From a virus: 64,000 bases of DNA. The stretch covers positions 3,508 to 67,507 of IMG/VR virus record IMGVR_UViG_3300025849_000031, one strand, 5' to 3'. Shown here in pieces: positions 28,656-37,449 of the stretch (position 1 is the first letter of the stretch; every line of letters starts with the position of its first letter). Below the pieces are notes generated by a model. That model worked only from the letters and a program-made list of their open reading frames with translations. It did not search any database and was not told where the DNA came from. A program made the translations under genes and the position numbers.

Positions 28656-29764
28656 AGAAAATATTAATTACAGGTATGAATAAGAATCAGACTACAAAGG
28701 ATTTTTATTTAAGACAACAACTTAAGGTAGTACCATCTCATTATTCTCTTATAAGATGCTTAGAGGATATGGGTTATGAAGTAGAACAACGATTGGTAAA
28801 GATTGGAGAAGATCTATCTGAATACCATCGGGTTATATGTTTCCTTGCATCTCCACGCCAAGCCCTCCAGTTAGCATTCTATAACGGTCTGTGGGCCATT
28901 CATGCTACACCAAAGGAAAACCTTGTATTGGCATTTGATGATTGGCAAACAGAAGATATCTTTAAAGGCATTCTATCTTGTAAAGATAAAGATTCGTTGC
29001 TGAAAGAGTTTACCATTAATCAAAACAAGATGTGTGATCCAGACATGTCGTTTGAATTACTTGAACCGCATACTGAAACATTACTTGAAGCTGTAAACTA
29101 TATTGGTGAAAAGAAAGCTCCAATGTTGCTATCAGTATTCATGGGTGGTGATCTAAGCAAGCTTGTTGATTATCCTGAAGAACTCCTTGTTGGTTATAAT
29201 CCTAATCCGTATCATCGTAACCGAGTGCCAGGCAATCGTGGTGATATTCATATCGATGAGATGGAATATATGGAACAGATTATGATGCCTTCAGTCGAAG
29301 AAGATACAGTTGCTCCAGCTGATAAGGTTAAATGCTTTAACTTTGCATCATTAGTGCAAGGTAAAACCAAGCGTTGGTTAAAGCAACAGAATGCTGATTC
29401 ATGGGAAATCGAGTTCTTTGGTTCACGTAAAGAAAAGCAACGTCGTCTTGGTGAAGGTGATATGTGTCAAGTATATGCCGAACAATGGGGTTGTCTAATG
29501 CCAGGATATAATCATGCTGGATCTGGTTGGTGGAGAGCACGCCCATTACAGCTAGCAGATGCTGGTTCTATTCTTATTGGTGAATACGAAGAGATGATGT
29601 TACTATATAATAATGAACAGCTTGCATCATTAAAGGCAAGTGATATCGTTAATCTTTCAACAGAAGAATTATCAAGTCTAGCTGATAGACAAAAAGCAGC
29701 TCTACTTCAAGAGCATCCATTAGATGAAACACTACAACAAAAGGAACTGAGTGTTATACTATGA
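28652..29764 (+). CDS. Putative DNA glycosyltransferase (GT-B fold, remote T4 beta-glucosyltransferase-like)
   Basis: N-terminus MKKILITG..VVPS...EDMGYEV, AFDD, C-terminal GWWRARP..LADAGSILIG; lies between the gp42-like gene and sugar-nucleotide enzymes. Confidence 0.55.
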   Translation: MKKILITGMNKNQTTKDFYLRQQLKVVPSHYSLIRCLEDMGYEVEQRLVKIGEDLSEYHRVICFLASPRQALQLAFYNGLWAIHATPKENLVLAFDDWQTEDIFKGILSCKDKDSLLKEFTINQNKMCDPDMSFELLEPHTETLLEAVNYIGEKKAPMLLSVFMGGDLSKLVDYPEELLVGYNPNPYHRNRVPGNRGDIHIDEMEYMEQIMMPSVEEDTVAPADKVKCFNFASLVQGKTKRWLKQQNADSWEIEFFGSRKEKQRRLGEGDMCQVYAEQWGCLMPGYNHAGSGWWRARPLQLADAGSILIGEYEEMMLLYNNEQLASLKASDIVNLSTEELSSLADRQKAALLQEHPLDETLQQKELSVIL

Positions 29765-30774
29765 AGTCAATATTAATCGTAGGCGCTGGATTCTCTGGCG
29801 CCGTAATTGCAAGAGAGCTCGCAGAAGCTGGACATAATTGTACTATAATCGATAAGCGCCATCATATTGGTGGCAATGCTTACGATTATGAGTGTAGTGG
29901 AATCCGTATTCATAAATATGGTCCTCATCTATTTCATACAAACAATAAAGAAGTAGTTGATTGGCTATCTCAATTTACTGAATGGGTTGATTATCAGCAT
30001 AAAGTTAAAGCTCAACTCTCTGATGGTCGCTATGTAACATTACCAGTTAATAAGGAAACAAAGGAGATTGTGGGTGAAGATAATATCCTCGATACATTCT
30101 TTAGACCATATACTCTCAAGATGTGGGGTAAGACTCTAGATGAACTTGATCCATCTATTATTAATCGCATTCCAACACGTGATGATGACAACGAGTTATA
30201 CTTTCCAAACGATAAATATCAGATGATGCCTAAAGATGGTTATACGAAGATCTTTGAAAATATCTTTAAGCATAAGAATATTAAGGTCTTCACTGGCACT
30301 CGTTTTACGAAGTCAATGGAAAAGAAGTATGATCATGTGTTTAACTCAATGCCAATCGATCAATACTTTAATAACAAGCATGGCGAACTTCCGTATCGCT
30401 CTATCAAGTTTCATAAGGTTCTTTTACCGATGGCTAAGGTTCTACCAACTGCTACTGTTAACTTTACACATGACGATCCATATACTCGAGTAACTGAATG
30501 GAAGAATATTCCTAATCATGGTGAATCAGCTACTCAAACAATATTAACATACGAAGAGCCATGTGATTATAAAGATAATAATAAAGAAAGATATTATCCA
30601 GTCAAAGATGTAGATGGTGTAAACAGGGAAACGTATAAAAAATATAAAGAAATGGTTGATACTGATCGTATGACTTTCATTGGTCGATGCGGAATGTATG
30701 TCTACGTGGATATGCATCAGGCAATCTCATCAGCCCTAGCAACTTCAAAGAGGTATTTAAAAGAATGCGTATAG
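29761..30774 (+). CDS. glf: UDP-galactopyranose mutase
   Basis: FAD motif GAGFSG, HIGGNAYD, HKYGPHLFHT, YQMMPKDGY, ERYYPV, GRCGMYVYVDM. Confidence 0.93.
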   Translation: MKSILIVGAGFSGAVIARELAEAGHNCTIIDKRHHIGGNAYDYECSGIRIHKYGPHLFHTNNKEVVDWLSQFTEWVDYQHKVKAQLSDGRYVTLPVNKETKEIVGEDNILDTFFRPYTLKMWGKTLDELDPSIINRIPTRDDDNELYFPNDKYQMMPKDGYTKIFENIFKHKNIKVFTGTRFTKSMEKKYDHVFNSMPIDQYFNNKHGELPYRSIKFHKVLLPMAKVLPTATVNFTHDDPYTRVTEWKNIPNHGESATQTILTYEEPCDYKDNNKERYYPVKDVDGVNRETYKKYKEMVDTDRMTFIGRCGMYVYVDMHQAISSALATSKRYLKECV

Positions 30775-31517
30775 CAATTACTGGATCAAGTGGTTTTATC
30801 GGTGGTCATGTAAAGAATAAGCTTATAGAACTAGGCCATACTGTCGATGAATGGGATTTTAAGATCGACAGGCCTGTACAGGATTTCGTAGATTTTCAAT
30901 CACCTAATGTTGATTATGTTATTCATCTTGCTGCTTATGCAGATGTAAGGGAAAGCATTAATGAACCACAAAAATACTGGGACAATAATGTAACGCTTAC
31001 TACCGAGATTCAAGAGTGGTGTAACTTCTACGATATACCTTTAATATATGCTTCATCTTCTTGTATACATGATTGGCATTTATCTCCATACGGAATGAGT
31101 AAGAAGATCAATGAAGAAACTGCATTTGAAAATCAGATTGGATTACGATTTACTACAGTTTATGGTGATGGTGCTCGCGATGAAATGCTAATTGGCAGAT
31201 TGATTGAAGGTCGAGTAAGTTATTTAACGACTCATATTCGTGATTTTGTGCATGTTGATGATGTAGTAGATGTAATGCTACTATTGATTGAAAAAGAAAT
31301 GGACGGTGTAACTCATCTTAAACCTGCTTATGATATCGGTACAGGCAAAGGTGTAGTTGTTGCAGATCTAGGACCACTAGCCGGATACGATATAGATATT
31401 AAACCAGGCGACAAATGCGAAGCTTTCGATAACACGGCTGATATATCAGATATTACAGAGCTCGGTTGGTCGCCAAAATATGATATTGAAGAATACATTA
31501 AGGATAAGACCAAATGA
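30765..31517 (+). CDS. NAD-dependent sugar-nucleotide epimerase/dehydratase (extended SDR)
   Basis: ITGSSGFIG, HLAA, YASSS, YGMSK (YxxxK), RFTTVYG, RDFVHVDD. Confidence 0.9.
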   Translation: MRIAITGSSGFIGGHVKNKLIELGHTVDEWDFKIDRPVQDFVDFQSPNVDYVIHLAAYADVRESINEPQKYWDNNVTLTTEIQEWCNFYDIPLIYASSSCIHDWHLSPYGMSKKINEETAFENQIGLRFTTVYGDGARDEMLIGRLIEGRVSYLTTHIRDFVHVDDVVDVMLLLIEKEMDGVTHLKPAYDIGTGKGVVVADLGPLAGYDIDIKPGDKCEAFDNTADISDITELGWSPKYDIEEYIKDKTK

Positions 31518-32701
31518 AATACGCAAGTATAGTACCACTGATCGGTGGAGAAACAATTGCAATGGAGAATGTGTTTGGGAAACGTCCTGAATATATTCTA
31601 TCATATAGCGCATTTGCTAATAATGATTCTCAGATTTTAAATCATTATAATAATGAAGTGCCATATCATGTGATTGACGAAGGTAATGGTAAAACAGACT
31701 ATGTCGATGTAGTCAATACTGTATGCCCATGCGCTGGGTTATCATCTCTATCTCCACAAGCCAATTCAAATAGCGCTGCAAATGATTGGATGTCCGAATC
31801 AGCTGAATACGTACTTGCTAATATTAAACCTAAAGTATTTTGGGGTGAGAATGCTCCTCGACTAGCATCAAAGATGGGCGAACCAGTCGTTAGAAAATTA
31901 CGTAAGATTGCTGAGCATCATGGGTACACGTTTTCTATATATAAGACTAAGAGCATATTACATGGTTTATCGCAAGTTCGAGACAGAACTTTCTACTTTT
32001 TCTGGAAAGGAACCCAAGTGCCACTCCTTGGTTACGTCTCGAATCCGCACACTCGTATCGAAGATCATATTCGTTCTATCCAAAGACGCAAAGATGATCC
32101 AATGAATATCTTGACTAATGAGAAGATCCCATCAGAGAATCCTTACTATCGATATGTCTTAGAAGTAATCGAAGGTGGTATTACACATTCTCAGTTCCAA
32201 GATAAGATCGAAAAGACTACAAATCCAATGGATGAAATAGAAAAGCATACGAATTATAAAGTCGTTGCTCAATGGATGCGTGCAAATGGATATGATAATG
32301 AAGCTGCTAAGTGTGATCGTAAGTATCACAAACTTAAAGCAGGTGGTAATATTATGCGTAAGACAACCGAAATACCCAAGGATTATATTGGTGCTTTCGT
32401 TGGTCACTTCCCAACAAATCTATGTCACCCTGACGAAGATCGATATCTAACTGTAAGAGAAGCAATGTCTATTATGAAGCTTCCAGATGATTTCAATCTA
32501 ATAAACCCTAAGGCTAATCTAAATCATATATGCCAGAACGTTCCTGTTACAACAGCAGAACATCCAGCTCGTATGATTAAGAAGTGGCTTGAAGGTAATA
32601 CTGTTGATTCAATTGAGACTAAGTTCTTAGTTGAAGACAACAAGAAACGCACCTATGATTATGAAAATAACGGTGTACAATTAGATAGTTTTATGTTATA
32701 A
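31514..32701 (+). CDS. Divergent DNA cytosine-C5 methyltransferase-like protein
   Basis: Catalytic PC (VCPCAGLS), ENA (motif VI), QVRDR (VIII), HP...RYLTVREAM (IX), QNVP (X); motif I degenerate (VPLIGG). Confidence 0.75.
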   Translation: MKYASIVPLIGGETIAMENVFGKRPEYILSYSAFANNDSQILNHYNNEVPYHVIDEGNGKTDYVDVVNTVCPCAGLSSLSPQANSNSAANDWMSESAEYVLANIKPKVFWGENAPRLASKMGEPVVRKLRKIAEHHGYTFSIYKTKSILHGLSQVRDRTFYFFWKGTQVPLLGYVSNPHTRIEDHIRSIQRRKDDPMNILTNEKIPSENPYYRYVLEVIEGGITHSQFQDKIEKTTNPMDEIEKHTNYKVVAQWMRANGYDNEAAKCDRKYHKLKAGGNIMRKTTEIPKDYIGAFVGHFPTNLCHPDEDRYLTVREAMSIMKLPDDFNLINPKANLNHICQNVPVTTAEHPARMIKKWLEGNTVDSIETKFLVEDNKKRTYDYENNGVQLDSFML

Positions 32702-32702
32702 T
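32674..32702 (+). promoter_or_regulatory. Sigma70-type promoter for the bS21-uvsX-gp41 unit
   Basis: TGTACA-17-TATAAT embedded in the 3' end of the MTase-like gene. Confidence 0.75.
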
Positions 32703-32761
32703 ATACTTTAATTATCAACCACAACAGAAAGAGAAATAAATGAAAACAAAGGAAAATATAA

Positions 32762-33004
32762 ATGCCTAGTGTATGTTTACATCCGAAAAACTCGAAGAAC
32801 AAGAAGCCTATGCCATTTGATGTGGCAATGCGTAAGTTCAGCAAGCTAGTCGATGAAGCAGGTATCTTGCAGAAAGCAAGAGAGAAAGAGTACTATGAAA
32901 AACCAACTGCTAAACGTAAGCGTAAGAAGAAAGAAGCGTTAAAGCGTCAAAATCGATTGAATGCTGAGAATCCAATTAATCAACGTAATAATAGGAAGTA
33001 CTAA
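32762..33004 (+). CDS. rpsU: Ribosomal protein bS21
   Basis: FDVAMRKFSKLVDEAGILQKAREKEYYEKPTAKRKRKK matches the S21 pattern. Confidence 0.88.
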   Translation: MPSVCLHPKNSKNKKPMPFDVAMRKFSKLVDEAGILQKAREKEYYEKPTAKRKRKKKEALKRQNRLNAENPINQRNNRKY

Positions 33005-33005
33005 T

Positions 33006-34076
33006 ATGAGCGTTATGGATAAATTGAAAAAGAATTCTAAGATTAAGGAATCTTCGATTCTAAATGAAAGTAAGTTCTTTTCAGTAAAAGATCAAGTTGC
33101 AACCGATGTACCAATGGTAAACGTTGCACTATCAGGTGATCCAGATGGTGGTCTATCATCAGGTCTTACTGTACTTGCTGGTCCATCAAAGCACTTTAAA
33201 ACATCATTTGCTTTATTGATGGCTGGAGCATATCTAAGAAAACATAAAGATGCAGTATTGTTATTCTATGATTCCGAGTTTGGTTCACCTCAGTCATACT
33301 TCGAAACGTTTGGTATCGATACAAGTCGTGTATTGCATACTCCTATCGTTGATGTTGAACAACTTAAGTTTGATCTAGTTGGTCAATTGGATAATATTGA
33401 ACGTAAAGATAATGTGATTATCGTAATCGATTCTATTGGTAACCTTGCTTCTAAGAAAGAATTACAAGATGCTAAAGATGAGAAATCAGTTGCTGATATG
33501 TCTCGTGCTAAAGCTCTTAAGGGTTTATTCCGTATGGTAACACCATATCTTACAATGCGTAACATTCCATTGCTAGCTATTAATCATACGTATCAAGAGA
33601 TTGGTCTATTCCCTAAAGCAGTTGTTTCAGGTGGTACAGGTATCTACTACTCAGCCGATAACATCTGGATCTTAGGTCGTCGCCAAAACAAAACTGGTAC
33701 TGAAGTGACTGGTTATGACTTTGTAATTAACGTGGAGAAATCAAGGTTTGTTAAAGAAAAATCTAAAGTGCCTATTCAAGTCTCTTGGGACGGTGGTATT
33801 GAATCTTATTCAGGTTTGCTTGATGTTGCTCTTGATGGGAACTATGTTGCTAAGCCTAGCAACGGTTGGTATTGCCGTGTTGATCGCAGTACTGGTGAGT
33901 TGGTGCAACCTAAAGTTAGGGAAAAAGAGACTCTCAAGCAAGAGTTTTGGGAACCTATCTTTAAAGATACAGACTTTAAAAAGTATCTTACTGAAAAATA
34001 CCAAATTGGTGCTAAACAAGCTAACGCTAAAATAGCTGAAAATAACAGTGTACAAGGAACTGAAAATGAGTTATAA
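33006..34076 (+). CDS. uvsX: RecA-like recombinase UvsX
   Basis: AGPSKHFKT Walker A, FYDSEFG, IDSIGNLASKKE, VSGGTG. Confidence 0.96.
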   Translation: MSVMDKLKKNSKIKESSILNESKFFSVKDQVATDVPMVNVALSGDPDGGLSSGLTVLAGPSKHFKTSFALLMAGAYLRKHKDAVLLFYDSEFGSPQSYFETFGIDTSRVLHTPIVDVEQLKFDLVGQLDNIERKDNVIIVIDSIGNLASKKELQDAKDEKSVADMSRAKALKGLFRMVTPYLTMRNIPLLAINHTYQEIGLFPKAVVSGGTGIYYSADNIWILGRRQNKTGTEVTGYDFVINVEKSRFVKEKSKVPIQVSWDGGIESYSGLLDVALDGNYVAKPSNGWYCRVDRSTGELVQPKVREKETLKQEFWEPIFKDTDFKKYLTEKYQIGAKQANAKIAENNSVQGTENEL

Positions 34077-34389
34077 TACTATATTAGATGGTGATTACAA
34101 ATTTGTTGAAAGTAATCTATCTGAACTATATGGTGTCAAGCTTCTGAGTGGTGACTTTGCCGATGTTGTTGTGACTTACGGCAAAGTCACTATTAAAGAA
34201 AATACTGATTCCGGAATCGCAACACTAGCATTTTCATATCAAGTCAATGATCCAGCTAAGTTTCAAATGGATGAACTTGAATCAAATGAAGATTTTAAAA
34301 ATTACTTAGGTGATGTGTTATCTCATGTTATTAACAGTAAAGACGAAGTTGAAGATGGAGAATTTGAAGATGTTATCCAGACTGACTGA
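34066..34389 (+). CDS. Hypothetical protein (gp40 position)
   Basis: About 107 aa between uvsX and gp41; similarity to gp40 not evident. Confidence 0.55.
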   Translation: MSYNTILDGDYKFVESNLSELYGVKLLSGDFADVVVTYGKVTIKENTDSGIATLAFSYQVNDPAKFQMDELESNEDFKNYLGDVLSHVINSKDEVEDGEFEDVIQTD

Positions 34390-34573
34390 AGCCCTTATTA
34401 TGAATGCTGAAGGTAATATGGCTAAGCATAAGTTAAATGTTGAAGTACTTTTAAATAATCCAGCTGGCTTTACTGAATGTTCGGATTATATTGAAGCAAT
34501 TCAAGTTGAGATTGATATGCTTACCCACTATGAAATGCAGCTAGCAACTATTAAACGACACTTTGGACTATAA
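34370..34573 (+). CDS. Small conserved hypothetical protein
   Basis: KHKLNVEVLLNNPAG...IEAIQVE pattern recalled from aquatic T4-like phages. Confidence 0.6.
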   Translation: MLSRLTEALIMNAEGNMAKHKLNVEVLLNNPAGFTECSDYIEAIQVEIDMLTHYEMQLATIKRHFGL

Positions 34574-34578
34574 ACTAA

Positions 34579-35961
34579 TTGAAAAATGAAATCCCAACAC
34601 ATATACTAAACCACTTACTTAATAACGAAGACTTTTGTCGGAGGGTAGTACCATATCTTAAGAAAGAATATTTTGACGGCGAACATAAGATTGTATTTGA
34701 TCTAATTACAGACTTTGTCCGCGATCATAATAAGTTACCTACGAGTAGAGTGTTGGATATTGAAATCAAAAAGGTTTCAGCTCCAGATGAAGTACTTACT
34801 CGATCTCATGACTTGATTCAAGAAATCTCAGTCAAGTCTGATATCGATACAGAATATCTCATAACTGAATCAGAAAAGTGGTGCCGTGATAAAGCAATCT
34901 ATGGTGCCATCATGAACTCTATCCAGATTATTGATGGCAAGAACGAAGAAATGACTGAAGGTGCTATCCCAGAAATTCTACAAGAAGCTCTGGGTGTATC
35001 CTTTGATCAGGCAATTGGTCATGACTATATTAATGATGCTGATTCACGTTATGAGTTTTATAATAACGAAGAAGAGAAGATTCCATTCGATCTTGATATA
35101 TTCAATAAGATGACGAAAGGTGGTCTACCGAACAAAACACTTAATATAGCTTTGGCTGGTACTGGTGTTGGTAAATCATTGTTTATGTGTCATATGAGTT
35201 CATCAGCCTTAAGTGAAGGTAAGAACGTATTGTATATTACAATGGAAATGGCAGAGGAACGTATTGCAGAACGTATCGATGCTAATCTAATGGATCTACC
35301 TATTCAGCAGTTAACCGAGTTACCTAAGAATGTCTTTGATGAAAAGATTAAAAAGATTGCAAAAGGTTCTATTGGTAAACTGATCGTTAAACAATATCCT
35401 ACAGGTGCTGCACATGTTGGTCACTTTAGAGCTCTACTCAATGAGTTAAAGCTTAAAAAGAACTTTACACCTGATATGATATTCATTGATTATCTAAACA
35501 TTTGTTCATCTTCAAGAGTTAAGAATACTTCAGCAAACAGCTATACGATTATCAAATCGATTGCCGAAGAGTTACGTGGTCTTGCAGTAGAGTTTGATGT
35601 ACCTATTATGAGTGCAACTCAAACGACACGATCAGGCTTTGGTAACACTGATGTTGGTCTTGAAGATACTTCTGAATCATTTGGTTTGCCAGCAACGGCC
35701 GATCTAATGTTTGCTCTTATTTCAACAGAAGAGCTAGAGGAGCTTAATCAGATCATGGTGAAACAATTAAAGAATCGTTATAATGATCCGACTAAGTACA
35801 AACGTTTTGTAATTGGTATTGATCGAGCTAAGATGAAGCTATATGATGTAGAAGAATCAGCTCAAGATAATATCATGCAAGACATGGCTATTCCTGATAA
35901 GCCTATTGCAACGTGGGGAAACAACGAAAATAAAGACACATTTAAAGATTTTAAAATCTAG
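34579..35961 (+). CDS. gp41: Replicative DnaB-like helicase
   Basis: AGTGVGKS, YITMEMAE, IFIDYLN, LRGLAVEF, SESFGLPATAD, QLKNRY. Confidence 0.97.
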   Translation: MKNEIPTHILNHLLNNEDFCRRVVPYLKKEYFDGEHKIVFDLITDFVRDHNKLPTSRVLDIEIKKVSAPDEVLTRSHDLIQEISVKSDIDTEYLITESEKWCRDKAIYGAIMNSIQIIDGKNEEMTEGAIPEILQEALGVSFDQAIGHDYINDADSRYEFYNNEEEKIPFDLDIFNKMTKGGLPNKTLNIALAGTGVGKSLFMCHMSSSALSEGKNVLYITMEMAEERIAERIDANLMDLPIQQLTELPKNVFDEKIKKIAKGSIGKLIVKQYPTGAAHVGHFRALLNELKLKKNFTPDMIFIDYLNICSSSRVKNTSANSYTIIKSIAEELRGLAVEFDVPIMSATQTTRSGFGNTDVGLEDTSESFGLPATADLMFALISTEELEELNQIMVKQLKNRYNDPTKYKRFVIGIDRAKMKLYDVEESAQDNIMQDMAIPDKPIATWGNNENKDTFKDFKI

Positions 35962-35969
35962 GAGAAAAT

Positions 35970-36134
35970 ATGTTAAATTGGTTAAAAGAAAGAGTTACTG
36001 AAAGAACTACCTTTGATGGTGCATCACTTATTATAATTTGTGGTTCTGTTATTTTGTTTGGTGGTATTGCTAAGCTAGCAGCATGGGCTGGTTTCCTTTG
36101 GGGAATCTATACCCTAGTGCGTAAGGAAGGCTAA
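35970..36134 (+). CDS. Small two-TM membrane protein (54 aa)
   Basis: GGAG RBS; MLNWLKERVTERTTFDGASLIIICGSVILFGGIAKLAAWAGFLWGIYTLVRKEG. Confidence 0.65.
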   Translation: MLNWLKERVTERTTFDGASLIIICGSVILFGGIAKLAAWAGFLWGIYTLVRKEG

Positions 36135-36135
36135 A

Positions 36136-36789
36136 ATGAAAGTAAATCTAGTTTCTTATTCACAAGTACCAGATGATAGTGAACTACCAAATGATATGCT
36201 TCAACTTGTTGCGTATTGTGCACGAGTATCGAATCCCAGTAATCAAAACAATACTGAGACTTCAGAGAAGCTAGTTAAGTATCTTATTAAGCACAAACAT
36301 TGGTCACCTTTAGAGATGGTCAATGTTTGCTTAGAGATCGATACTACTCGCGATATTGCACGACAATTATTACGCCATCGATCATTTACGTTTCAAGAGT
36401 TCTCTCAACGATATGCAAATCCTGATGAAGGCTTTGATAATATGTTTGAGAAGCGTGAAGCTCGATTACAAGATGAAAAGAACAGGCAAAATTCTGTAGT
36501 GACTGATGATGAAGCTATTGCGCATGAATGGTTTAGGATTCAAAGCCGAGTAGAGTATATGGCTGCCAAATGTTATAAAGAGGCATTGGCCTTAGGTATC
36601 GCAAAGGAACAAGCAAGAGCGTTATTGCCTGAAGGTCTTACGAAGTCTCGTTTATATGTAAATGGTACGCTACGATCATGGTTACATTATATTGATCTAC
36701 GTTCTTCTAACGGTACTCAGCTTGAGCATTGTGAGATCGCAAAGGCTTGTGGAGAAGTTATATATAAACTATTCCCTATGGAAGAGTAA
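36136..36789 (+). CDS. thyX: FAD-dependent thymidylate synthase
   Basis: HWSPLE, RQLLRHRSFTFQEFSQRY signature, KEQARALLP. Confidence 0.96.
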   Translation: MKVNLVSYSQVPDDSELPNDMLQLVAYCARVSNPSNQNNTETSEKLVKYLIKHKHWSPLEMVNVCLEIDTTRDIARQLLRHRSFTFQEFSQRYANPDEGFDNMFEKREARLQDEKNRQNSVVTDDEAIAHEWFRIQSRVEYMAAKCYKEALALGIAKEQARALLPEGLTKSRLYVNGTLRSWLHYIDLRSSNGTQLEHCEIAKACGEVIYKLFPMEE

Positions 36790-36790
36790 C

Positions 36791-36867
36791 GCCCTCTTAG
36801 CTCATTCTGGTAGAGCAGCTGACTTGTAATCAGCAGGTGATCCGTTCGAATCGGATAGAGGGCTCCA
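36791..36867 (+). tRNA. tRNA-Thr(UGU)
   Basis: Cloverleaf: acceptor gccctct/agagggc, anticodon arm gctga-cttgtaa-tcagc, T-loop ttcgaat, encoded CCA. Confidence 0.93.
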
Positions 36868-36988
36868 ATATTGGGTTTCATTCCCCAACTAAAATAAATG
36901 AATGAATGGTGCCCAGAGAGAGTGCAAAATGGCAATTCCTGAAGTCATTAAGGATTGGGAGATCCCGGTCGAAGAAGGAAACTATAAT

Positions 36989-37063
36989 TCCGAAGTAGCT
37001 CAGTGGTAGAGCAGTTGACTGTTAATCAATTGGCCGTTGGTTCGACCCCAACCTTCGGAGCCA
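36989..37063 (+). tRNA. tRNA-Asn(GUU)
   Basis: Acceptor tccgaag/cttcgga, anticodon arm gttga-ctgttaa-tcaat, T-loop ttcgacc, encoded CCA. Confidence 0.93.
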
Positions 37064-37123
37064 ATATATGACCTTGGACCGTTATATCAGAATGACTGCG
37101 CTGTAAAGACAGTCCCATCTTCA

Positions 37124-37199
37124 GGGCCCATAGCATAACGGTTAATGCACCCGACTCATAATCGGTAGACTCTTGGTTCAAATCCAAGTGGGCCCACCA
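37124..37199 (+). tRNA. tRNA with CAU anticodon (probably Ile2; Met not excluded)
   Basis: Acceptor gggccca/tgggccc, loop ctcataa, T-loop ttcaaat, CCA; paired G1-C72 argues against initiator. Confidence 0.88.
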
Positions 37200-37256
37200 T
37201 ATAACTTTTAGTTATAACCTTATAACAAATTAATCTAAAAAGAATGCACAAAAGTG

Positions 37257-37285
37257 TGTACACCAGCGGTTACCTATGGTATAAT
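37257..37285 (+). promoter_or_regulatory. Sigma70-type early promoter (cassette type)
   Basis: TGTACA-17-TATAAT. Confidence 0.8.
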
Positions 37286-37309
37286 GGCTATATAAATTAA
37301 TGAAACAGG
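37269..37309 (+). repeat. 41-bp exact direct repeat, copy 2
   Basis: Identical to 15295-15335. Confidence 0.92.
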
Positions 37310-37328
37310 GATTAAAAAATGAATATCC

Positions 37329-37349
37329 CTTATATCAAAAAGTTATAAG
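37329..37349 (+). repeat. 21-bp promoter-upstream repeat, copy 2 of 3
   Basis: cttatatcaaaaagttataag. Confidence 0.9.
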
Positions 37350-37387
37350 CATATAACAAAATGATTTAAATAAAGTGTAAATAAGTG

Positions 37388-37416
37388 TGTACATTTACGA
37401 TAAACTAACTTATAAT
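37388..37416 (+). promoter_or_regulatory. Sigma70-type early promoter (cassette type)
   Basis: TGTACA-17-TATAAT followed by the conserved 36-nt leader. Confidence 0.8.
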
Positions 37417-37449
37417 AGCTATATAAATTAATCAAACAGGACTTATATT

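Noticed and set aside
15295-37309. 41-bp direct repeats as prophage or transposon boundaries (attL/attR)
   Set aside because: They coincide with promoter-leader cassettes, enclose core replication genes, and no integrase or transposase is present.
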